This document shows positions 34,596 to 41,718 of a DNA stretch of 64,000 nucleotides, piece after piece. The notes below the pieces were generated by a model that did no database searches, had not been told where the DNA came from, and worked only from the letters and a program-made list of their open reading frames with translations. The position numbers were made by a program, and so were the translations under genes. How positions within the stretch are numbered: position 1 is the first letter of the stretch; each line of letters opens with the position of its first letter. Source of the DNA: Deltaproteobacteria bacterium (lineage in GTDB: Bacteria > Desulfobacterota > Dissulfuribacteria > Dissulfuribacterales > UBA3076); contig PQXD01000003.1 of the NCBI GenBank assembly GCA_003194485.1, positions 33,067 to 97,066 of the forward strand, given 5' to 3'.

Positions 34596-34996
34596 GTAAA
34601 TATTCTTATGAACCCGTTATATCCTGCCTTGAAGCGGTTACCTTTTTCCGGGCTTCAAAGCTCACTCATCGCAGACCGGAGATGCGGTGCAATCCGGTCC
34701 GCGATCGAAACCCTGCAAAAGGCAAACCGCTCCTGCGGCAGGGGGCACAGATGGCAACCGTTCACGGGCAGGGGATATTTCTTTGAACAGTTTAACGGAA
34801 GCCCCCGTAGTTTTCTTGGCTTTTGCTGTGGGGGAAACCCCGGCTCCTGAGCGCAGCGAAGGAGAACGGGGAGGGGGCAAGACTCCCCCATGTCAAAAGC
34901 CTTAAGAAAACAAGGGGCTGAAGTGTTAAGTGAAAAGAAATATCCCCTGCCAGTGAACGGTCTGCGGAATGGACCACGGGTTCACCGGATATTTAC
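34596..34996 (+). mobile_element. MITE copy C (401 bp)
   Basis: The TIRs are GTAAATATTCTTATGAACCCGT and the reverse complement GTAAATATCCGGTGAACCCGT. An exact 8-bp duplication GCTCACGG flanks it at 34588-34595 and 34997-35004. Confidence 0.88.
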
Positions 34997-35009
34997 GCTC
35001 ACGGAACGT

Positions 35010-35095
35010 TGGAACTGGAAAATGGGAATTGGGAATTTGGCCTTTACGCTTTTGTTTCATCTCTGCCGAATTTCTAATTTCCAATCTCAAGTTCC
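35010..35095. repeat. heptamer-array hairpin element overlapping the purD-purE stop
   Basis: The arms GGAACTGGAAAATGGGAATTGGGAATTTGG and CGAATTTCTAATTTCCAATCTCAAGTTCC pair. The loop is homologous to that at 7551-7572. The last codons ELEIGN* of purD-purE lie in the right arm. Confidence 0.8.
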
Positions 35096-36882
35096 TCTAT
35101 CTCTTTTGCCTGGGCCTCTCTGTATTCCTTCAATTTCCTAGCAAGGTCCCGGTCTTCCAACGCCAGGATCTGAAGTGCCAACAAGGCGGCATTTTTTGCT
35201 CCGGCTTCTCCTATTGCCATGGTTGCAACCGGAACGCCGGGCGGCATCTGGGCAGTGGAAAGCAGGGCATCAATTCCGTTCAGTGCCGAATTGCCTACCG
35301 GCACCCCTATCACCGGAAGGATCGTATTCGCTGCCAGGGTGCCGGCCAGGTGCGCGGCCATTCCGGCGCCGGCAATCAGGACCTTTATCCCTCTGGCCTC
35401 TGCCTCCCCGGCGTATGACGCGGTAAGCCCGGGGGAACGATGGGCCGAGGCAACCCTCAACTCACAGGCTATGCCAAACTCGTTCAGAATATCCCTGGCC
35501 GCTTCCATAACCTCTTTGTCACTGAGACTTCCCATGACAATGCCCACCTTGGCGGTGCTGCCGGTATGCCGGTTTCCCGGCATACCGGCAGCACCGGACG
35601 TGTGTCTGAGAGCCTTTTGGCCGATATCCCTTCTATAGTGCATCCCCTCCCAGGAGATCTGTCCAACTGCTTCATATGCAAGGTCTATCGCCTCTGAAAT
35701 AGTATTCCCGAGTGCCGTAACCCCCAGGACCCTTCCGCCGGATGTGACGAATCGATCTCCATCCTTGGCAGTCCCTGCGTGAAAAACCATCACGTCTTGC
35801 ATCTCAGCCACTTTTTCCAGCCCGTGAATAACCTTGCCTGTCTCGTAATTTCCAGGATAGCCTCCGGAGGCCATGACAACGCAGACGGCAGTCCTTGGAT
35901 CCCACTCAAGTTTTATTTCATTCAGCCTGCCTTCAAGTGCTGCCTCAAATATCTCCATCAGGTCAGTGCGGAGTCTCATCAGGATCGGCTGGGCCTCAGG
36001 GTCACCGAACCGGCAGTTAAATTCCAGGACCTCTGGTATGCCATCTCTAATCATAAGCCCGCCGTAAAGCACTCCCTGATAGGGCCTTTTTGCCTTTGCC
36101 ATGGCTTTCACAGCGGGCCTCATAATGTTTTCCATAATATCGTCAAACAGGGCGCTGCTTACCACTGGTGCCGGAGAGTAGGCACCCATACCGCCGGTAT
36201 TGGGCCCCATGTCATTATCAAATACAGACTTATGATCCTGGGAAGTGGCAAGGGGAAGGACTGTCGTCCCGTCGGTTACAGCCATGAAGGAGGCCTCTTC
36301 TCCGGTGAGAAATTCCTCTACTATAAGTCGATTGCCTGCTTCGCCAAAGACCTTTTTGCGAAGGATAAGATCTATTGCCTCCTCCGCCTCGGCAAGGCTA
36401 TGAGCAAGCAACACCCCTTTGCCGGCCGCCAGCCCGTCCGCCTTTATTGCAACAGGCACTCCAACTATGCTCTTGACATAATCAAATGCGGCATCCGGAT
36501 CGGTAAAGACCTTGTAGGACCCTGTTCGAATGCCTGCTTCAGTCAGCAGTTCCTTTGAAAATACCTTGCTGGCCTCGATCTCAGCAGCCGCTTTAGTGGG
36601 CCCGAATACTGCAAGTCCATGCTTGCTGAAACTGTCTGCCAGGCCCTCAACCAGGGGGGCTTCCGGGCCTACAACCGTCATATCGATACCTTCCTTTTTG
36701 ACAAATGATACAAGGCCGTTAATGTCAGAGACCCTTAAGGATATGCAGGCGGCATGTTGACTTATGCCGGAATTTCCGGGCGCGCAGAATACTCTGGAAA
36801 TTTTGGGACTGGATGCCAGCTTCCAGCAAATGGCGTGTTCACGTCCTCCGGAACCTATTACCAGGATTTTTTTCTGATCCAT
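35074..36882 (-). CDS. purD-purE: fused phosphoribosylamine--glycine ligase (PurD) and N5-CAIR mutase (PurE), 602 aa
   Basis: The N-terminal part of about 425 aa is ATP-grasp PurD (KILVIGSGGREHA...). The C-terminal part of about 160 aa is PurE (VGIVMGSLSDKEVM...SAHRSP...GAGMAAHLAG). The two parts are joined by GAAGMPGNRHTGST. Confidence 0.9.
   Translation of the reverse strand: MDQKKILVIGSGGREHAICWKLASSPKISRVFCAPGNSGISQHAACISLRVSDINGLVSFVKKEGIDMTVVGPEAPLVEGLADSFSKHGLAVFGPTKAAAEIEASKVFSKELLTEAGIRTGSYKVFTDPDAAFDYVKSIVGVPVAIKADGLAAGKGVLLAHSLAEAEEAIDLILRKKVFGEAGNRLIVEEFLTGEEASFMAVTDGTTVLPLATSQDHKSVFDNDMGPNTGGMGAYSPAPVVSSALFDDIMENIMRPAVKAMAKAKRPYQGVLYGGLMIRDGIPEVLEFNCRFGDPEAQPILMRLRTDLMEIFEAALEGRLNEIKLEWDPRTAVCVVMASGGYPGNYETGKVIHGLEKVAEMQDVMVFHAGTAKDGDRFVTSGGRVLGVTALGNTISEAIDLAYEAVGQISWEGMHYRRDIGQKALRHTSGAAGMPGNRHTGSTAKVGIVMGSLSDKEVMEAARDILNEFGIACELRVASAHRSPGLTASYAGEAEARGIKVLIAGAGMAAHLAGTLAANTILPVIGVPVGNSALNGIDALLSTAQMPPGVPVATMAIGEAGAKNAALLALQILALEDRDLARKLKEYREAQAKEIEELEIGN
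35554..35595. repeat. perfect 42-nt palindrome (19-bp arms, 4-nt loop) forming the purD-purE junction
   Basis: In GGTGCTGCCGGTATGCCGG TTTC CCGGCATACCGGCAGCACC the arms are exact reverse complements. The sequence is 14 codons, in frame. Confidence 0.95.
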
Positions 36883-37092
36883 AATCTTCTCTTCCCCCTG
36901 TGTTTTTTTAAGAACAAGGCAGGCTAAAACTATCCGTATGATATAAAGGTGTCAACGCCTGTTCTGGTGATCTATGCTCTCAGATATCTGGCGTTCGGGA
37001 TAGTTGCGGTTTAGATTTGATAATGTTTGGGTAATCGCAGGATCATTGTGATTGTAATACCGTAATCGACGCCGATCTTGCTTGGCTGGAAC

Positions 37093-37289
37093 GTAAATAT
37101 TCTTATGAATCCGTGGTCCACTGTGGAAGTTGCCATCCGTGACCTGCCGCAGAAGCGGTTTGCCTTTTGCAGGGTTTCGATCGCGGGCCGGATTGCACTG
37201 CCTCTCCGGTCTGCGATGAGTGAGCTTTGAAACCCGGAAAAAGGCAACCGCTCCAAGGCGGGACTATAACGGGTTCTCCGGATATTTAC
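37093..37289 (-). mobile_element. MITE copy D (197 bp, short form lacking the internal hairpin module)
   Basis: Both TIRs and module 1 are present. An exact 8-bp duplication GCTGGAAC flanks it at 37085-37092 and 37290-37297. Confidence 0.88.
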
Positions 37290-37342
37290 GCTGGAACGGG
37301 ATAAATTGTTTCAGGGAACCAATAACAAAAGGCAGAAGGAAT

Positions 37343-38089
37343 ATGTACGCAGAACTTAAAAGAGCATTGAATGATATAGCCGCAGAAAATAGCTTACTTG
37401 AAAATGAAGTGAACATCACTGCAAAAATCCTGACACCCGAAGAAGCCATAGGCAAGACGGAAAGGAGGGATTTTCCCCTGCTTCAAGGCAGGGAATCTTT
37501 GATCCAGGCTGATTTCAAAGGGGCCTTGGGGCAGGCCTTTACTGACACCCCAAAGACCTTCAGAGGCAGACTCAAGGAAATACTCAAATTAAGATTAACG
37601 GATAACGGCAAGAGAGCGCTCTTTGTCGCTACGCTGAACGCACTGTTACGATATAAGTGTATAATTAACGACACCGTTCACTGCAAAGACAACGGGCCTG
37701 AATTATGCGCCGGGGAAATGGCCGGGGCAATCATTGAAAAATACGGACCTGATATCAACATCGGAATTGTCGGCTTTCAGCCGGCTATAATAGATAATTT
37801 TTCCAAGAGGTTGTCTGCGGAAAATATGAAGGTAACAGATTTTGATAAAGATAACATTAACAGGATTAAGTATGGGGTGCCTGTCTGGGATGGCAGAAAA
37901 ATGACAGAAGAACTCATTAAGACCTGCGACGTCATCCTGGCTACAGGCTCAACAATAGTAAATGATTCCCTGTCTCAGTTGATCTCTCTTTCAGGCAAAT
38001 ATCAAAAACCACTTTATCTCTATGGCACGACAATTGCCGGGGCCAGCAAACTCCTGAATCTGAAAAGGCTGTGCTTTCAATCTTCTTGA
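37343..38089 (+). CDS. DUF364-like Rossmann-domain protein (putative chelation/cofactor-handling family)
   Basis: The ATG at 37343 follows AAGGCAGAAGGA. The C-terminal pattern IGIVGFQP...CDVILATGSTIVNDSL...LYLYGTT resembles DUF364. The track ORF start at 37220 lies inside MITE D. Confidence 0.55.
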   Translation: MYAELKRALNDIAAENSLLENEVNITAKILTPEEAIGKTERRDFPLLQGRESLIQADFKGALGQAFTDTPKTFRGRLKEILKLRLTDNGKRALFVATLNALLRYKCIINDTVHCKDNGPELCAGEMAGAIIEKYGPDINIGIVGFQPAIIDNFSKRLSAENMKVTDFDKDNINRIKYGVPVWDGRKMTEELIKTCDVILATGSTIVNDSLSQLISLSGKYQKPLYLYGTTIAGASKLLNLKRLCFQSS

Positions 38090-38108
38090 GCGGACATTCA
38101 TAGCGGTT

Positions 38109-38242
38109 ATCATCCCGAATTATGCAGCAGCCAATTTTACCAAATCTGCTTTGTTGTCAGGCACTTGAAGTACAAAAGTACGTCTGCGTGCCTTCCGCCT
38201 CGCATCTTTGGCAAACTTGGCTGCTGCATAATTCGGGATCAT
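38109..38242. repeat. 134-bp palindromic element (36-bp arms matching at 33 of 36 positions, 62-nt loop)
   Basis: ATCATCCCGAATTATGCAGCAGCCAATTTTACCAAA (38109-38144) matches the reverse complement of TTTGGCAAACTTGGCTGCTGCATAATTCGGGATCAT (38207-38242). Confidence 0.85.
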
Positions 38243-38467
38243 ATCACGGCGAGAAGATCTTCTGCCATTTCATCCGCCTCCGTATGAGATTGTCATCTAT
38301 CCTGCCCCGCGTTTGCATTTTTTTCTTGACAGAAAAATCAAGAACTGATATTGCGCATACGTTTCAATTAAGGAATACCTTCCTGGATGTAATCCAAGAT
38401 AGAATACAAGAATTTCCTTTTGACATGCCGACACGATTTTTGTGTTGTGATATCTGGGGACTAAGGA

Positions 38468-38788
38468 GTGATCATGAAACAAAGGGGTGGCGCTTACGAC
38501 CCGTTCGACTGCAAACACTACCCGGAGGCCGATGTGGTCATGAGGCCAGGCATGCCTCTCGCTATGGCCTGCACTGGTGAAAAAGCGCGTATCGTAATGC
38601 TCGCAGGCGGCAGGGGGATGCACCAGAGGCTGACCAGCATGGGCTTGGGTGTGGGATCGGAGATCGAGATAATCAGAAGGGGGTCCCCGGGGCCTTTTCT
38701 GATAGCGACCGGCAATACGCGTCTTGCTATAGGGGCGGCTATGGCCCATAAGATCATGGTTATTCCAATGGAAAGGGAAATCGAATGA
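38468..38788 (+). CDS. FeoA-domain protein
   Basis: GEKARIVMLAGGRGMHQRLTSMGLGVGSEIEIIRRGSPGPFLIATGNTRLAIGAAMAHKIMV matches the FeoA SH3-like pattern. The real start may be the ATG at 38540. Confidence 0.65.
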   Translation: MIMKQRGGAYDPFDCKHYPEADVVMRPGMPLAMACTGEKARIVMLAGGRGMHQRLTSMGLGVGSEIEIIRRGSPGPFLIATGNTRLAIGAAMAHKIMVIPMEREIE

Positions 38789-38843
38789 CCATGGATAAAA
38801 TAAGGCCAGGCCACGGGTTGTTAATGACCGCTTTTTCTCTTTC

Positions 38844-40685
38844 TTGCAGGATGGTCTCCGGACACTGAAAGTACTCCAAGAAAAGAAAGGCCAAAAAGTG
38901 CCTGATATTCGGGAAATCACCTGGGTGTCAGAGACGGGTTCTACCAATGACCTTGCCAGAGAGAATTTTCAAAAAAGAGGGATTCTGTGGCGCTGTTTTG
39001 TTGCCGGCTCCCAGACCAGGGGCAGGGGTAGGAAAGGCCGGAACTGGATTTCTCCTCCCGGCACCGGCCTGTATCTGTCGATTGCTGTGCCAAGGCCCGG
39101 AATTCTGGAGGCCTGGCTCCCTCTAACCTGCGCCATTGCCTCATCGGCCGCCATACAATCCATTCTCACCAGGTCCCGCTGTGCCAGGCCGCCTTCTATT
39201 AAAATAAAATGGCCCAACGACCTGTATATTGAAAATGGAAAGTTGGCAGGTATGCTTTGCGAACTGGCAGACGGATCCGAAAGTCCTGCCTGGATAATCG
39301 GAATAGGCATAAACATTTGCACTCCGAAAAATGCCTTCCCGGAACATCTCAGGGAAAAGGCGTGTTCCATATCAAGCGCTACGGGTTGCCGGGTCTCCCG
39401 AGACTCCCTGCTTGAAGAACTGCTCGTTCATCTCTCTTTCTGGCTGGGAAAGATATATGAAGGCAATGTCTCGGCTATTTTGAATTTTATTGAAAAAACA
39501 GAAATAATGGGCATAATTCAGGGATCAGAAACCGGGCGGATCTCCAGCCACAGGCCCGCACAGCCTGACACAGGCGACCAGATCGCTGAATCAAGGATAA
39601 TACCGCAGATGCAGACAGATATCCGCAGGCTACAATCGTCAAATCGTCAAATCGTCAAATCGTCAAATCGTCAAATCGTCAAATCGTCAAATCCGCTGGG
39701 TATCACCATGGGCTGTCCGGCGGGAATCGGTCCTGAAATCATTATAAAGGCATTCGCTGCCAATCCTGAATGGCTGCTTTCACCTCCGGCAGTGGTCATA
39801 GGGGACATGAATATACTTAAAAAGGCATCAAGGGCGCTTGATATCGACATTCCCCTTAAGTCCTGGGTGCCTGGAGATCCCATTTCCGGCAGTGCGATAC
39901 ATGTGATTACACGGACAGACCTTAATGCCGAGGATATCCTTTGGGGAAAGCCGAACCCAGTCACTGGAAAGGCCTCTTTCGAGTATGTCACTGAGGGCAT
40001 CAGACTCTGCCTGGGAAAAAGTCTCTCCGGCCTTGTGACCGGCCCTATCAGTAAACTGGGCCTCAGGCTTGCCGGCATCTCCTACCCCGGACATACCGAG
40101 ATATTGGCCGACAGGACCAACACGGAAAGATATGCAATGATGCTGGCAGGCGACAGGCTCAGGGTAGCCCTTGTGACCATACACTGCCCCTTGAGGGAGG
40201 TGGCGGACAGCATCAGCACGGAAAAGATTTTTCAAGTAATTTTCCTTACGGATTCCTTCTTAAGAAATGAACTCGGCATAAAAGAGCCGGAGATTGCCGT
40301 GGCCGCACTGAATCCACATGGAGGCGAGTCCGGGATGTTTGGCAAAGAAGAAGAGCATATCATATCGCCCGCTATAGAAATGGCCCGGGGAAAGGGTATA
40401 GCGGCCAATGGGCCTTATCCTCCTGACACAGTGTTTTATCAGGCTGTCAATGGGAAATTCGACGCTGTAGTCTGCCAGTATCATGACCAGGGGCTGATTC
40501 CCTTTAAGCTCATTCATTTCAGAGACGGGGTCAACCTGACCTTAGGCCTTCCGATAACCAGGACTTCAGTAGATCACGGGACTGCATATGACATCGCCGG
40601 TACCGGAAAGGCGGATTGTGCCAGTCTTGAGGCGGCAATCAGACTCGCATCGAAGATAGTGGAAAAGAGAAAAGAAGGTCCATAA
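38844..40685 (+). CDS. birA-pdxA: fused biotin--protein ligase-like (BirA catalytic domain) and 4-hydroxythreonine-4-phosphate dehydrogenase (PdxA), 613 aa
   Basis: The N-terminal part has VSETGSTNDLA...AGSQTRGRGRKGRNWISPPGTGLYLS (BPL motifs). From ITMGCPAGIGPEII to the end is a complete PdxA. The junction reads QSSNRQIVKSSNRQIVKSSNP. Confidence 0.8.
   Translation: MQDGLRTLKVLQEKKGQKVPDIREITWVSETGSTNDLARENFQKRGILWRCFVAGSQTRGRGRKGRNWISPPGTGLYLSIAVPRPGILEAWLPLTCAIASSAAIQSILTRSRCARPPSIKIKWPNDLYIENGKLAGMLCELADGSESPAWIIGIGINICTPKNAFPEHLREKACSISSATGCRVSRDSLLEELLVHLSFWLGKIYEGNVSAILNFIEKTEIMGIIQGSETGRISSHRPAQPDTGDQIAESRIIPQMQTDIRRLQSSNRQIVKSSNRQIVKSSNPLGITMGCPAGIGPEIIIKAFAANPEWLLSPPAVVIGDMNILKKASRALDIDIPLKSWVPGDPISGSAIHVITRTDLNAEDILWGKPNPVTGKASFEYVTEGIRLCLGKSLSGLVTGPISKLGLRLAGISYPGHTEILADRTNTERYAMMLAGDRLRVALVTIHCPLREVADSISTEKIFQVIFLTDSFLRNELGIKEPEIAVAALNPHGGESGMFGKEEEHIISPAIEMARGKGIAANGPYPPDTVFYQAVNGKFDAVVCQYHDQGLIPFKLIHFRDGVNLTLGLPITRTSVDHGTAYDIAGTGKADCASLEAAIRLASKIVEKRKEGP
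39633..39694. repeat. tandem octamer array (CAAATCGT x6 plus partial units) at the birA-pdxA junction
   Basis: CAATCGT(CAAATCGT)x6 CAAATCC is read directly. Three units equal 24 nt and give the 8-aa peptide period SSNRQIVK. Confidence 0.95.
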
Positions 40686-40720
40686 AAAAATATGAACCAG
40701 CACGGCGGCGTGCCATCCGA

Positions 40721-41287
40721 TCAGGCGCCGTTTTTCTTCTCCCACCGGTAAACCCGCATGGGAGGGATGTTGAAAAGCTCAGCCTCCACTTGCCCGGAGC
40801 CAAGGATGGGTCGGCACAGGGAGGCAACCCGCTTGCTCACCTGATATGCTACAAAGCGCCCTCCCGGAGCGAGCGTCGACGAGACGGACTCGATAATTTG
40901 AGATCCAAGGGCGTGGCTCATGGTGGAAAAGGGGATGCCGGAAATTACAACCTCGGGAGGGGCCATTCCATACGTGTGGAGAATTTCTTTTATCTCTGTG
41001 GCACTGCCAAGGTGAACCTTCAGACGGTCGTCTTTTATGCAGTTTAGTATGGCGTGGAAATTCGGATTGATCTCTATGCACAAGAGCCTGGCGTGCGAAG
41101 TCATGGAATGCAGTATGGCCCTGGTCGTGCCCCCGGTGCCAGGACCCAGTTCCACTATAGTCTTTGCTGAACGGACTCTCGCTGCCTCTACGGTGCGACG
41201 TTCGAGAAAGCGGGAACTCGGGATTATCGAGCCGATCTGAAAGGGATGCTTCAGAAATTCCTGAAAGAAGATGGACCGGCCATTCAA
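40721..41287 (-). CDS. class I SAM-dependent methyltransferase (COG3963-like)
   Basis: FLKHPFQIGSIIPSS N-terminus and SAM motif I VELGPGTGGTT. Confidence 0.7.
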   Translation of the reverse strand: MNGRSIFFQEFLKHPFQIGSIIPSSRFLERRTVEAARVRSAKTIVELGPGTGGTTRAILHSMTSHARLLCIEINPNFHAILNCIKDDRLKVHLGSATEIKEILHTYGMAPPEVVISGIPFSTMSHALGSQIIESVSSTLAPGGRFVAYQVSKRVASLCRPILGSGQVEAELFNIPPMRVYRWEKKNGA

Positions 41288-41472
41288 TAAGGTGCCAAGT
41301 GGCTTGAAATTTGATGCCTGTATAGTCAGATCCTAATTATACTGCGAGTGTTCCAGTTCAGGCCAACATCCGCCGCGCCTCGCATTTTCCGTTTTCGTTG
41401 ATGTTTCACCTCATGGTCACTCATGCACTTTACCAGGTTTTTAGCCTATAACTTACTGTTTTTTTATATCTA

Positions 41473-41548
41473 TGGCGGTCCCAAGGGGAATCGAACCCCT
41501 GTTTCTGGCGTGAGAGGCCAGCGTCCTAGACCCCTAGACGATGGGACC
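41473..41548 (-). tRNA. tRNA-Glu (anticodon CUC), CCA encoded
   Basis: The minus strand reads GGTCCCATCGTCTAGGGGTCTAGGACGCTGGCCTCTCACGCCAGAAACAGGGGTTCGATTCCCCTTGGGACCGCCA. The acceptor stem is GGTCCCA/TGGGACC, the anticodon loop is CUCUCAC, and the T-arm is GGGGTTCGATTCCCC. Confidence 0.9.
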
Positions 41549-41718
41549 GGGAGTGACGGGAGGCAAATTAAAGGTCTGTACCAGTTATGTCAACCCTAAA
41601 GGGTAATGGTTGCATTTTCAAGGTCCGAAAGTTCCCGGTCTTTATCAGACAGCAAGGGCCGCGAACCACGGTGATTCTGTGCCTCTTATTTCAATGGTCA
41701 TCGGGTATTTCCCATGCG

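Noticed and set aside
41290-41470. Possible third copy of the 134-bp palindromic element (CCGCGCCTCGCAT string) or a terminator downstream of tRNA-Glu.
   Set aside because: Only about 10 nt are shared, and there is no arm pairing and no hairpin plus T-run.
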